Positions 31,704 to 41,694 of a DNA stretch of 64,000 nt are shown one piece after another. The position numbers and the translations under genes are program-made. How positions within the stretch are numbered: position 1 is the first letter of the stretch; every line of letters begins with the position of its first letter. The DNA is from an uncultured Pseudomonadales bacterium (GTDB lineage: Bacteria > Pseudomonadota > Gammaproteobacteria > Pseudomonadales > Porticoccaceae): positions 5,433-69,432 of the forward strand of contig CALSSZ010000008.1 in NCBI GenBank assembly GCA_943789145.1, written 5' to 3'. Under the pieces are notes generated by a model. That model worked only from the letters and a program-made list of their open reading frames with translations, was not told the origin of the DNA and ran no database searches.

Positions 31704-32825
31704 ATGCCTGAAAATACTGATTTAAAGCACACCGAATTCTACGACCAGCATATAGCTGCCGGCGGCAAGATGGTGCCTTTCGCCGGCTATCTGATGCCTG
31801 TGCAGTATTCCGAAGGCATTATGCAAGAGCATCTGCACTGCAGAGACAATGCGGGTCTGTTTGATGTCTCTCATATGGGTCAGGTACTGGTCAGTGGAGA
31901 GGGCGCGGCACTGGCATTAGAGAAATTAATGCCCGTCGATCTGGAGTCTCTGCAGATCAATCAGCAAACCTATGCCATCTTTACTACCCAGAGCGGTGGA
32001 ATTTCTGATGATCTAATTGTTACCCGCTGGTCAGAGGACAGTTTTTTTCTGGTGGTGAATGCCGCCTGCAAAGAACAGGATATCGCCCATTTGCGCGAAC
32101 ACCTCGTCGGTCTGGACATTAACTATTTTGCACATCGCCAGCTGCTGGCCCTGCAGGGGCTGGCTGCCAAAGAGGTAATGGCTGAACTGGCGCCAGAGGC
32201 AAATAGCCTGGTATTTATGCATGGTTGCCGAGTCAGTATTGATGGTATGGACTGCTATGTCACCAGATCTGGCTATACCGGTGAAGATGGCTTTGAAATT
32301 TCTGTGGCTGCCGCAGATGCACGTGCTCTGGCAGAGCTATTGCTCGCCCACAGCTCAGTCAAATGGATTGGCCTGGGTGCCAGAGACTCTCTGCGGCTGG
32401 AAGCAGGGCTCTGTCTCTACGGCCATGATTTAAGCCCAGAGACCTCTCCTGTAGAGGCCAGCATATCCTGGTGCATCAGCAAATCCCGCCGCGCCGATGG
32501 CGCCAGAGCAGGAGGCTTTCTTGGCGCCGATATTATTCTCGATCAGCTGGCCAATGGCGTAGCAAAAAAGCGCGTTGGTTTTATTGTCGAGGGGCGTGCG
32601 CCAGTGCGGGAGGGCGCAGAGATTATTGATCAGCAGGGCGCAGTGGTTGGCCAGATCACCAGTGGTGGCTTTGGCCCTACATTACAGGCGCCTATAGCTA
32701 TGGGTTATGTGCCCACCCATTTATCAGCCGTTGGTACCCAGCTCAATGCCCTGGTTCGTGGCAAAGAGCGGCCCATTACTGTGACCAAAATGCCACTGGT
32801 TCAGCAACGTTATTTTCGCGGTTAA
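31704..32825 (+). CDS. gcvT: Glycine cleavage T protein (aminomethyltransferase)
   Basis: GLFDVSHMGQ, RSGYTGEDGFEI, GLGARDSLRLEAGLCLYG. Confidence 0.95.
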   Translation: MPENTDLKHTEFYDQHIAAGGKMVPFAGYLMPVQYSEGIMQEHLHCRDNAGLFDVSHMGQVLVSGEGAALALEKLMPVDLESLQINQQTYAIFTTQSGGISDDLIVTRWSEDSFFLVVNAACKEQDIAHLREHLVGLDINYFAHRQLLALQGLAAKEVMAELAPEANSLVFMHGCRVSIDGMDCYVTRSGYTGEDGFEISVAAADARALAELLLAHSSVKWIGLGARDSLRLEAGLCLYGHDLSPETSPVEASISWCISKSRRADGARAGGFLGADIILDQLANGVAKKRVGFIVEGRAPVREGAEIIDQQGAVVGQITSGGFGPTLQAPIAMGYVPTHLSAVGTQLNALVRGKERPITVTKMPLVQQRYFRG

Positions 32826-32852
32826 TTGCCACTTATTATTGGAGTCTGGTTA

Positions 32853-35714
32853 ATGTTACAAAAGAAACGCACCTTCGCCGACCTGGAGAATGCCGCAGAG
32901 TTTGTGGCCCGTCATATTGGTCCTAGTGCAGACGAGCAACAGGCCATGCTGGCGGCACTGGGCTGCAGTAATCTGGCCGAACTGACCACTCAGGTAGTGC
33001 CCGAAGCTATTGCTATGACCGAGGCGCTGGATATTGTTGATAGCTGTACCGAGGTGCAGGCGCTGGCCGAGTTGCGGCAGATGGCCGAGCTTAATCAGGT
33101 ATTTAAAAACTATATAGGTCAGGGTTATTACGGCACCATCACACCCAATGTAATTCAGCGCAATATCCTGGAAAACCCCGCCTGGTACACCGCCTATACT
33201 CCCTATCAGCCAGAGATTTCTCAAGGACGTCTGGAAGCGCTGATTAATTTCCAGACCATGATCACAGACCTCACGGGTATGGAGATGGCCAATGCCTCCA
33301 TGCTCGACGAGGGCACTGCCGCGGCCGAAGCCATGGCCCTGTGCCAGCGCATGTCCAAATCAAAATCCACACGCTTTTTAGTCGATGCCGACTGTCTGCC
33401 CCAGACCATTGAGGTTATTAAAACCCGCGCCGAGCCTATGGGCATTGATGTGTTAGTGGGCGAGCCAGATCAATTTGAGGGCGAGGCCTTTGGCGCTCTG
33501 CTGCAGTATCCTGGGGCCAGTGGCGAGGTAAGAGATTACCGGGATATTATTCAGCATATTCAGGACAATAAGGGCCTGGTAGTAATGGCAGCCGATATTC
33601 TTAGCCTGGTAATGCTTGAGTCTCCCGGCACCCTGGGTGCCGATGTGGCTATTGGTTCAACCCAGCGCTTTGGTGTGCCTCTGGGTTACGGCGGCCCCCA
33701 TGCTGGTTATATGGCTACTCGCGAAGCCTATAAGCGCAACCTGCCGGGCCGACTGGTGGGTCTTTCTCAGGACGCTAATGGTGAGCCGGCCTACAGATTG
33801 GCTCTGCAGACTCGCGAGCAACATATTCGCCGAGAGAAGGCGACTTCTAATATTTGCACAGCCCAGGTTCTGCTGGCGGTAATTGCCAGTATGTATGCTG
33901 TCTATCATGGCCCCGGAGGACTTAAGCGTATAGCCCAGCGTGTGCATCTGCTGACCTCGGTGCTGGCGGAAGGCTTGAGACAACATGATTTGGCAGCGGT
34001 TAATAACAGCTGGTTTGATACATTGACTCTTAACACAGGGGATAAAACCGCGGCGCTGATTAAAGCCGCCCAGAAGCAAAAGATTAATCTGCGCCAGATC
34101 GATGCCCATACCATTGGCCTGTCGCTGGATGAAACCACTGGTGCAGATGATGTGGTTGCACTCTGGGATATTTTGCTCGGCAGCCATAATCTGGATGTAG
34201 ATGCACTTTTGGAAGCAGAGGCCGAAGGCTTGCCGGGCAACCTGATCCGCAAGGATAGCTTTCTGACCCACCCGACCTTTAGTCGCTATCATTCAGAGAC
34301 CGAGATGCTGCGTTATCTGCGCAAGTTGTCAGATAAAGATATAGCCCTGGATCGCGCCATGATACCCCTTGGTTCCTGCACCATGAAACTGAATGCCACA
34401 GCAGAAATGCTGCCAATTACCTGGCCCGAGTTTGCCAATATCCACCCCTTTGCCCCAGCCGAGCAGACCACAGGCTATCGCGCCATGATCGATGATCTGG
34501 AATCTATGCTCTGCGCCTCGACTGGCTATGACGCCATGTCACTGCAGCCCAATGCCGGATCCCAGGGCGAGTATGCCGGACTGCTGGCTATTCGTGGCTA
34601 CCATGAAAGCCGCGGCGACACAGAGCGCAATATCTGCCTGATACCCAGTTCAGCTCATGGCACCAACCCTGCATCGGCACAGATGTGTGGTATGGCTGTG
34701 GTGGTAGTTAAGTGCGATGAACAGGGCAATGTGGATGTGGATGATCTCAGAGCCAAAGCGGCAGCCCATGCGGATAATCTGGCAGCCATTATGGTGACTT
34801 ACCCCTCGACCCATGGCGTGTTCGAAGAGCGTATTACCGAGATTTGCGACATTGTGCATAACCATGGAGGTCAGGTATATATAGATGGCGCTAACCTCAA
34901 TGCCATGGTGGGTCTGTGTCAGCCTGGCAAATTTGGTGGCGATGTGTCGCACCTTAATTTGCACAAAACATTCTGTATTCCCCATGGCGGAGGCGGCCCA
35001 GGTGTGGGCCCCATCGGTGTAGGCGAACATCTGGCGCCATTTCTGCCCAGAGAGTCAGCAGATGGCAGCCGTCAGGGCGCGCAGGTTTCTGCCGCTCCCT
35101 ATGGTAGCGCCAGTATTCTGCCCATTACCTGGATGTATATTCGCATGATGGGCCGCGCTGGACTTAAGCAGGCCACAGAGGTAGCCATACTCAATGCCAA
35201 CTATATGGCCCATCGCCTGCAGAACCATTATCAGGTGCTGTATACCGGCAGCAAAGGCCGTGTAGCCCACGAATGTATTCTTGATGTGCGGCCGATTAAA
35301 GATGAGATAGGCATTAGTGTTGATGATATAGCCAAGCGACTGATCGACTTTGGCTTTCATGCACCAACCATGTCATTCCCAGTGGCTGGTACATTGATGA
35401 TTGAGCCTACAGAGAGCGAGTCAAAAACCGAGCTTGATCGTTTCTGTGATGCAATGATTGCTATCAAACAGGAGATTGATCAGGTGGCCAGCGGCAAGTT
35501 CACTGTGGACAACAACCCCCTGGCAGGCGCCCCTCATACAGCCGCTATGGTCAGTGCCGACCAGTGGTCGCGGGCTTATAGTCGCAGCCAGGCAGCCTAT
35601 CCGCTGGAGTCATTGCGTTACAGTAAATATTGGCCACCAGTAGGGCGCCTGGATCATGTATTTGGCGACCGCAATCTGGTGTGTTCATGCCCGTCGATAG
35701 CAGATTACGAATAG
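32853..35714 (+). CDS. gcvP: Glycine dehydrogenase (decarboxylating), P protein
   Basis: [37 protein letters not shown] lysine in SHLNLHKTF. Confidence 0.97.
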   Translation: MLQKKRTFADLENAAEFVARHIGPSADEQQAMLAALGCSNLAELTTQVVPEAIAMTEALDIVDSCTEVQALAELRQMAELNQVFKNYIGQGYYGTITPNVIQRNILENPAWYTAYTPYQPEISQGRLEALINFQTMITDLTGMEMANASMLDEGTAAAEAMALCQRMSKSKSTRFLVDADCLPQTIEVIKTRAEPMGIDVLVGEPDQFEGEAFGALLQYPGASGEVRDYRDIIQHIQDNKGLVVMAADILSLVMLESPGTLGADVAIGSTQRFGVPLGYGGPHAGYMATREAYKRNLPGRLVGLSQDANGEPAYRLALQTREQHIRREKATSNICTAQVLLAVIASMYAVYHGPGGLKRIAQRVHLLTSVLAEGLRQHDLAAVNNSWFDTLTLNTGDKTAALIKAAQKQKINLRQIDAHTIGLSLDETTGADDVVALWDILLGSHNLDVDALLEAEAEGLPGNLIRKDSFLTHPTFSRYHSETEMLRYLRKLSDKDIALDRAMIPLGSCTMKLNATAEMLPITWPEFANIHPFAPAEQTTGYRAMIDDLESMLCASTGYDAMSLQPNAGSQGEYAGLLAIRGYHESRGDTERNICLIPSSAHGTNPASAQMCGMAVVVVKCDEQGNVDVDDLRAKAAAHADNLAAIMVTYPSTHGVFEERITEICDIVHNHGGQVYIDGANLNAMVGLCQPGKFGGDVSHLNLHKTFCIPHGGGGPGVGPIGVGEHLAPFLPRESADGSRQGAQVSAAPYGSASILPITWMYIRMMGRAGLKQATEVAILNANYMAHRLQNHYQVLYTGSKGRVAHECILDVRPIKDEIGISVDDIAKRLIDFGFHAPTMSFPVAGTLMIEPTESESKTELDRFCDAMIAIKQEIDQVASGKFTVDNNPLAGAPHTAAMVSADQWSRAYSRSQAAYPLESLRYSKYWPPVGRLDHVFGDRNLVCSCPSIADYE

Positions 35715-36998
35715 TCTGCTGTTGCCGGCTGTTCCGAGGAATCGTCTGCCACTGGCTCCCTAGGTGGGTATTCTGAGCTGAGGTGTTTGTGCAGATCCAC
35801 AGCACTGTAGACCTTGACCGGCTCAGAAAAGCCCTTAATGGCTATCTCGCCCTTATTTATGCAATGGATAGAGTCTCGAACCAGCCCATAAGTATCCTCA
35901 GATAGCAAAATCTCATTGCTATCGGCAGAGGATTCCAAACGGCTGGCCAGATTGACCGCGCGGCCCAGCAAGGTGTAGTCCAGACGATTTTCAGTGCCAA
36001 AGTTGCCCACTTTGCAGACCCCGCTATTAATACCCATACGCAGGCCAGCGGGGCGCTCTATGCCCTCAGCCTGCTAAGCGCAGCTGCAATTCCTGCATAG
36101 CCTTTCTCATGGCAATGGCCATAGACACACAGCGCACTGCATCGGACCTTACACCGCGGCGTTCAGGGTCACCAAAGAACACCATAATCGAATCGCCAAT
36201 CACCTTGTCAACGGTGCCGCCAAAGCGAAATGCGATTTCAGACATCACGGTTAAATAGCTATTCAGCAGAGAAGTAAGCTGCTCAGGGTCGAGCTTTTCC
36301 GCCAGTCGGGTAAAGCCCTCCATATCAGAGAAGAAAATAGTCAGCGCCTTCTCCTGAGTCTCGGCACGCACATCCTTACCCGTCAGAATCGCTTTGCGCA
36401 GTGGCGGTGACAGATACTTAGATAACCTAAAGGTACGCAGGGTCAGCCATTCATTTTGCCTGAGCACAGAATCATGCTGTTCAGCCAGCATAGAATGGGT
36501 GCGCCGCGCTATATTGGCCAGCAACAGACAGTAGCCAGCCACCAACAGCAGAATCAGCAGCTGAGCCTGAAAACCAGGGATAACACTGATTGGCGACAGC
36601 CAGTATACAATCAGCGCACCGATAAAGAGCCCAAACAAATCCAGAGGCGCGGTGGCCTTTAAAGGGCTTATAACAGTGATAAGAAACCCAAGCCCCAGGG
36701 CAATAGTCAGCAGAGGATCAAAGCCCACAAAGGCCAATAACATCCCGGTGAGAACCCCGTCGATAAACTCCAGCAACAGGGCAAGACGCTGCCGCACTCG
36801 TTGCTTAGGCGAAGCCATAGCCGTGAAATAACAGCTAAATTGATAGATAAACAGAGCCGGCAGCAAAACCAGCAGAGCAGGGTGATAGCCAATAACCCCC
36901 CAGGCCCCCAGCAAAATAATAACCCCGCAGAGCCCCAGAGTCAGCCGATATAGCTCCTGCAGTTTCGGTGACGGATATACAATCTCTTTCCATGTCAT
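35705..36998 (-). CDS. Membrane-anchored class III adenylate cyclase (CyaB-like), split by a frameshift near 36075
   Basis: Hydrophobic N-terminal domain; FFSDMEGFT and DKVIGDSIM in ORF 36066-36998; GINSG...[16 protein letters not shown] in ORF 35705-36037; removing one base joins them via [12 protein letters not shown]. Confidence 0.85.
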
Positions 36999-37059
36999 GG
37001 CTTTAGTTTAGCACCCAGCCTAATGAAGCGTCAGATAACTGCAAATACCCCCGGGCCGA

Positions 37060-37094
37060 TTGCTTTTACCACCCTGTTTGTGTACAGTTGCCCG
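37060..37094 (+). promoter_or_regulatory. Sigma70 stable-RNA-type promoter for tRNA-Ser
   Basis: TTGCTT-N17-TACAGT followed by a GC-rich discriminator (GCCCGG). Confidence 0.55.
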
Positions 37095-37188
37095 GCTTCA
37101 AATCAGGCTGCAAGCCCCGAGATTATTGAGGCAATGAGCACGCCGTGCTCCTGACCAGCTAATAGAACAGAAAACGGCAACAGTTTAT

Positions 37189-37279
37189 GGTGAGGTGTCC
37201 GAGTGGCTGAAGGAGCACGCCTGGAAAGTGTGTAAGCGTTAATAGCGTTTCGAGGGTTCGAATCCCTCTCTCACCGCCA
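37189..37279 (+). tRNA. tRNA-Ser (GGA)
   Basis: Acceptor GGTGAGG/TCTCACC, anticodon arm CACGC-CTGGAAA-GTGTG, long variable arm, T arm GAGGG-TTCGAAT-CCCTC, encoded CCA. Confidence 0.98.
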
Positions 37280-37287
37280 CGCATTAG

Positions 37288-37322
37288 AGCCCCAGTAACT
37301 ATAGAGTTTCTGGGGCTTTTTT
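37288..37322 (+). terminator. Intrinsic terminator after tRNA-Ser
   Basis: AGCCCCAG...CTGGGGCT stem followed by a T run. Confidence 0.8.
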
Positions 37323-37454
37323 ATGCCTGCTTTGTAGCAAATCTTTTTAGCAATATTATCTTCTAATCATTCTGATTCAGTCCGCTGAGTGTTTGTTATT
37401 GTTACTGGGGAGATTCTTTACAAACTAACTTTAAAAGCTCGATTGCTATTTACC

Positions 37455-37492
37455 TTGACAACAACTTAACTTTGTATACCCTATGGGGGTAT
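37455..37492 (+). promoter_or_regulatory. Promoter with CsoR-type operator
   Basis: TTGACA at 37455-37460; candidate -10 TACCCT 16 bp downstream; ATACCC-TATGG-GGGTAT at 37476-37492 overlaps the -10 and the ATG. Confidence 0.8.
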
Positions 37493-38090
37493 GAAAGCGC
37501 TGATCATTATTCTCTCTCTGCTGGTCGCCTCAACCTCAATGAGCCGACCCATCTCCTATGTGGGAGGCCATACCTTAATGGCCAACTCCGGGGCACAGTC
37601 AGATAATATCTACTGGCACTACACGCCCAGCATCAAGTACTCATTAGGCTTGGATTACCAAAAAGATAAAATCAGTGGTGAGGCGTTTCCCTCAGCCAGA
37701 TTGACCTATCTGATCAACCGCAAGAATACCGCTACCTCTCAGCGCAACCTGTACGTAAAAACCGGCTTTGGGCTCGATAGTAGTGACAACCACTTTTATT
37801 CCCTCAGTGGTGACTGGGAGACTCGGCGCCTGTTCGGCGGTTTCTCCGCTAAACAGGTCTCAGGCATTGGCTATGACCTTTTTGAGCAGAGAGTAAAACT
37901 GGGGGTAGCCCCCTATCTGGGTGCCTACGGCGACCTGCATACCTGGTTGATGATTGAGAGCAAAAAAGATGACTTGGACAACAAACGCATCACCTACCCT
38001 GTGCTGCGGTTTTTTAAAGGTGGTGGCTTGATTGAATTCAGCTACCACAAAAAAACCGACTGGGATATTCACCTGATGTATAGATTCTGA
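37491..38090 (+). CDS. Secreted protein, probable small outer-membrane beta-barrel
   Basis: Sec signal peptide, amphipathic aromatic-rich strands, C-terminal IHLMYRF resembling a beta-signal. Confidence 0.7.
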   Translation: MKALIIILSLLVASTSMSRPISYVGGHTLMANSGAQSDNIYWHYTPSIKYSLGLDYQKDKISGEAFPSARLTYLINRKNTATSQRNLYVKTGFGLDSSDNHFYSLSGDWETRRLFGGFSAKQVSGIGYDLFEQRVKLGVAPYLGAYGDLHTWLMIESKKDDLDNKRITYPVLRFFKGGGLIEFSYHKKTDWDIHLMYRF

Positions 38091-38106
38091 TAAAGGATGG
38101 ACCATT

Positions 38107-38514
38107 ATGAATAAATTCTTACTGGCAACATTATTGCTGACCGCAACAGCAACCCAGGCCGCCCACCATGAAATGGGCCATATGCATTCCCATGAAGGCC
38201 ATGTCCACGACACCATGGTCGATGGCCAAAAGCTCAGCGTGGATGCCGAGCGTTTCGATAACTTTGTTAACGCCGTTCCCGGGGATCAAGTAGTGGTGAT
38301 CAGTGTTCAGGGCATGGTCTGTGACTTCTGTGCCCGCGGTATTGAAAAGACCTTTGGCAAAGACAGCGCTGTGACCAAAATAGATGTAGATCTGGCCTCA
38401 GGAAAAGTCCTGCTGGCCTACGCCCCAGAGACAGAAATAAACCGCGCTGGCATTGAGCAAAATATTCTTAACAACGGCCTTAACACCACGGCCATCCAGT
38501 TGGTAGGCAAATAA
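38107..38514 (+). CDS. Secreted heavy-metal-associated (HMA) domain protein with His/Met-rich linker
   Basis: Signal peptide, HHEMGHMHSHEGHVHD, GMVCDFC (GMxCxxC). Confidence 0.88.
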   Translation: MNKFLLATLLLTATATQAAHHEMGHMHSHEGHVHDTMVDGQKLSVDAERFDNFVNAVPGDQVVVISVQGMVCDFCARGIEKTFGKDSAVTKIDVDLASGKVLLAYAPETEINRAGIEQNILNNGLNTTAIQLVGK

Positions 38515-38515
38515 T

Positions 38516-38881
38516 ATGCAAGACAGAGCGGCCAATTTCTTTTCACTATTCGCCTCTACTTCGACATTGATCTGCTGCGCTCTGCCCGCACTTTTTGTCG
38601 CCGTGGGCGCTGGGGCCAGCTTTGCCAGTCTGCTGGGCGTATTCCCCTTTTTGATTGTGCTGTCCCAATACAAAATCGCCATTAGCCTGTTTGCCTTGGT
38701 AATGATTGTGGTGGCCGGTGTGGTCAACTATAAAACAGCCAGAATGCCATGCCCTGCTGACCCGGAGTTGGGTCGCGCCTGCTTGCGAACGAGGCAGCGC
38801 TCACGAAGGATTTATACTGCATCCACAGGCATCTTTATCTGCGCCAGCATTTTCACCTACATAGCGCCCAAATTTATCTAA
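38516..38881 (+). CDS. MerT-like small metal permease
   Basis: About three TM helices, vicinal Cys-Cys in TM1 (LICCALP) and a second Cys pair (C-x9-C) in a hydrophilic loop. Confidence 0.75.
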   Translation: MQDRAANFFSLFASTSTLICCALPALFVAVGAGASFASLLGVFPFLIVLSQYKIAISLFALVMIVVAGVVNYKTARMPCPADPELGRACLRTRQRSRRIYTASTGIFICASIFTYIAPKFI

Positions 38882-38890
38882 GGAGAGGCC

Positions 38891-39154
38891 ATGACACATT
38901 CCTGCCACAAAAAGTTAATTCCCAATATCAATCGTATTTCCGGGCAGATTAATGGTATTGGCAAAATGGTTAATGAGGGTCAGTACTGCATCGATATCCT
39001 CAATCAGCTTAAAGCCGCCAAATCAGCCATAGCCACAGTTGAGGCAAAGATACTGGACAAGCATATTGAAGAATGTATCAGAGATTCCCTGCAGAGCCAG
39101 GATCAGATCGATATCAAAATCGCTGAATTAGTAAAAGTACTCAAGCGAGCCTAG
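38891..39154 (+). CDS. csoR: CsoR/RcnR family metal-sensing repressor (C-H-C type)
   Basis: NRISGQINGIGKMV...YCIDILNQLKAA...ILDKHIEEC. Confidence 0.88.
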   Translation: MTHSCHKKLIPNINRISGQINGIGKMVNEGQYCIDILNQLKAAKSAIATVEAKILDKHIEECIRDSLQSQDQIDIKIAELVKVLKRA

Positions 39155-39168
39155 GGCAGGTGTTATTC

Positions 39169-39564
39169 CTACGCTTCCGAATCTACCTTCCATCGGACCA
39201 AGTTTTTCGCTTTAATTCTGTTGGTAAACAGCTTGTATCTGCTTTGCTCGGACTGCCACTCAGCTAACCACTGTGCACCCGTGCGCTCCGCATCGATAAA
39301 AACTGCATTGGTAATCATAATAGGAATTAAGATAGTCAGGTGGACAACGACACTTGTTATGGTGCTATACCCTAGCCAGCCAATGTAATAGGTAGCTATA
39401 AAACCAAATGTTATGCTCCAAATTGTAAACAACACAAGCATGAAATAGGACTGTAGCGTGTTATCTGGAATATGCTTCAATGGATTGAACTTCACGTTCA
39501 TCACGCGTCTCCAGATGTGCACAACTCGCATTATTAATCTTCTTAAAATGTTTGGCTTATCCAT
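39169..39564 (-). CDS. Conserved hypothetical membrane protein (2 TM)
   Basis: Start MDKPN after GGAGA; FNPLKHIPD followed by two hydrophobic helices. Confidence 0.7.
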   Translation of the reverse strand: MDKPNILRRLIMRVVHIWRRVMNVKFNPLKHIPDNTLQSYFMLVLFTIWSITFGFIATYYIGWLGYSTITSVVVHLTILIPIMITNAVFIDAERTGAQWLAEWQSEQSRYKLFTNRIKAKNLVRWKVDSEA

Positions 39565-39645
39565 GTAACGTCTCCATAGTGAAAGTATATTTATATTTTG
39601 CCTTAGCAAATACTGGTTAAACAATATCATGAAAGACCTATGAAA

Positions 39646-39681
39646 GCAGTCTACCCTTTTTTAGGGAACGGTAGAGGCTGC
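39646..39681 (-). terminator. Hairpin, possible terminator downstream of the SDR gene
   Basis: GCAG-TCTACC...GGTAGA-G-GCTGC inverted repeat with a short T tract on the minus strand. Confidence 0.4.
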
Positions 39682-39717
39682 TGAGCGATTTTTGCTGTAT
39701 CTGTGGCTAGTCCGGTT

Positions 39718-40686
39718 TTACTGGAGTGCTTTTTCAGCCAGAGCCTTATCCAACATCTCAATCAACTCTTCGCGACTATATTGGTGCGGCCCCCAGTGAT
39801 TTAATTCCACCAATTGCTGTACCTTGGTGCCTATAGCAAATGCACGCTCCTGCTGGTTGGGCGTGACCATATAGCGACGATGGGGGTTTTCATCAAACAG
39901 AGCGTGCATAAAGGCCTCTACCACAGCATCTGGTTTGGTTAGGGTTAACTCGTAGGCGGCAGTTTGCTCATACTGCTTTTGCATTTCGTCGGTCACTTCT
40001 CCACCTGCGGCTTTCACTTTGGCAAATGCTCGAAGTACTGTGTTGCGGCGGATATGAGACTGGTAGTTGCCAGGCTCAACAACACTAACTGCGACACCTG
40101 TGGATGAAATCTCTTGAGCCAGCCCATCGGTAAAGGCTTCAATCCAATGCTTGCTGCCACTGTAACCATTGAAGCTGGCGGTGGTTATAGTGCCAGCAAC
40201 AGAACCTGTTGTGGTAATGCGCCCTTTAGACTCAATCACCAGAGGTGCAAATGCTTTCGTAATTCGATAGACACCTTCAACATTGACCTTATAGACGATA
40301 GTTTGCTCTTCTATTTCGGTCTCCAAGACTGCACCACCACCGAAAATGCCAGCATTGTTGACCAGTCCGTACAATCCGGTTCCTTTTTCTTTGACCATGG
40401 CAACAGCGGCATCAATTTGGTCTTGTTTGGTCACGTCTAAACGCACGGCGGTTATATTTTTAATGGTATTTAGTTCTGCCATTTCACCGTCTGTTCTTGC
40501 TCCGGCATAAACATGATAGCCCTTACCTGCAAGGGTCTCAGCCAGGCTGCGACCAATACCAGTGGTAGCCCCGGTAACCAGAATTGATTTTGCCTCAGAG
40601 TCCTGTGGCGCCATGGCAACTGTGGAGATGGGAAGTGCAAGCAGGGTTACAATAATCAGACAAATCGAAAGTGATGTACGAAGCAT
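39718..40686 (-). CDS. Short-chain dehydrogenase/reductase with N-terminal signal or anchor
   Basis: TGATTGIG, NNAG, YSGSK, VEPG; hydrophobic N-terminus ending AMA. Confidence 0.9.
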   Translation of the reverse strand: MLRTSLSICLIIVTLLALPISTVAMAPQDSEAKSILVTGATTGIGRSLAETLAGKGYHVYAGARTDGEMAELNTIKNITAVRLDVTKQDQIDAAVAMVKEKGTGLYGLVNNAGIFGGGAVLETEIEEQTIVYKVNVEGVYRITKAFAPLVIESKGRITTTGSVAGTITTASFNGYSGSKHWIEAFTDGLAQEISSTGVAVSVVEPGNYQSHIRRNTVLRAFAKVKAAGGEVTDEMQKQYEQTAAYELTLTKPDAVVEAFMHALFDENPHRRYMVTPNQQERAFAIGTKVQQLVELNHWGPHQYSREELIEMLDKALAEKALQ

Positions 40687-40725
40687 TTTGTTTTCCTTTA
40701 ATTTTTATAATTAATTGGTTGTCTC

Positions 40726-41310
40726 TCAGGAGGCATAATTTTTTGGCCTTAGGCCACTTTTACTGTCGAAAAAGCGTTTAATTTTACCCATATCGCCATC
40801 CACATCACTGCTGGGCTCCATCAGGCCCTCTATGCCAATAGTTCTTGTCGCGCTGTCCACATAGACTATTAGAATGGGTACCTCAGCTGCGGTGGCTACA
40901 TGATGAAACCCGCGTTTCCAGTTGGGGTTTGCGCTGCGTGTGCCCTCCGGGGTAATAATCAGCACAAACTCTTCACGCTGTGCATAGATATCAGCAATAT
41001 AGCTGACCAGTGAGCTTGCCTGGGTGCGGTTGACTGGGATAGCCCCACAATAACGCAAAAACCATCCCAGGGGGCCTATAAAGAGCGTACTTTTTATCAG
41101 CACACTGGGTTTTAAGCGCAACACTGATACAGCCAAAACAAACAGAATAAAATCCCAGTTTGAGGTGTGGGGTGCCACAATAAGCACATATTTTTTTTGG
41201 TCTTTGGGCAGCGACCCGATGACCCGCCAGCGAATAATCTTTAGGATAAGCTTGGATAGCAAACGCAGTACTGGGCTTAGAAGGGGTGTCGAAAAAAGCG
41301 TGTAGCGCAA
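40726..41310 (-). CDS. PlsC-family acyltransferase
   Basis: HTSNWD (HX4D) and TPEGTRS motifs. Confidence 0.9.
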   Translation of the reverse strand: MRYTLFSTPLLSPVLRLLSKLILKIIRWRVIGSLPKDQKKYVLIVAPHTSNWDFILFVLAVSVLRLKPSVLIKSTLFIGPLGWFLRYCGAIPVNRTQASSLVSYIADIYAQREEFVLIITPEGTRSANPNWKRGFHHVATAAEVPILIVYVDSATRTIGIEGLMEPSSDVDGDMGKIKRFFDSKSGLRPKNYAS

Positions 41311-41342
41311 AACTGTCTCCCAGAAAGGTTAGAGCGCCAACT

Positions 41343-41690
41343 TTATATCAGGTTTCGCACTATAACCACAGTGGATAAGCCAATCCACAGGGTATTAAAA
41401 GCCACCATGGTGGGTAACAGTTTGCGCTCAGATACCCAGATTAACAGCGCTGAGGTGAATAAGGTGACCAGGTGCAGTTGCCAAATCTCTTTTTGCCAGA
41501 TAAGGCCTGGAAGTATGACGGCGGCCTTGGCAATCCAGGCTACAGCCTCCACCACATTGTAGTTTACCCAGTAGCCATCCTGGAACCACAGGTTGTAGCT
41601 ATTGCTAATATTGGCAAAGCCGACCCTTGAATAAACCAGTGCGGTCAGGGTAAAAAAGATAATTGATGAAACAATGATTTCCAAGGCCAT
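41343..41690 (-). CDS. Small hypothetical membrane protein
   Basis: 115-aa hydrophobic ORF starting 5 nt after the upstream gene's stop. Confidence 0.65.
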   Translation of the reverse strand: MALEIIVSSIIFFTLTALVYSRVGFANISNSYNLWFQDGYWVNYNVVEAVAWIAKAAVILPGLIWQKEIWQLHLVTLFTSALLIWVSERKLLPTMVAFNTLWIGLSTVVIVRNLI

Positions 41691-41694
41691 TCCT

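Noticed and set aside
37074..37087. CTGT...ACAG resembling a second SOS box upstream of tRNA-Ser
   Set aside because: The spacer is 6 nt rather than 8, and the ACAG is better explained as part of the -10 element TACAGT
38107..38881. Mercury resistance (mer) operon
   Set aside because: No merA or merR is present in the window and the regulator is CsoR-type
38891..39154. Repressor as FrmR controlling frmA-fghA
   Set aside because: It has the C-H-C metal ligand set, lacks the N-terminal Pro2 of FrmR, lies 16 kb away, and has a matching operator at its own operon
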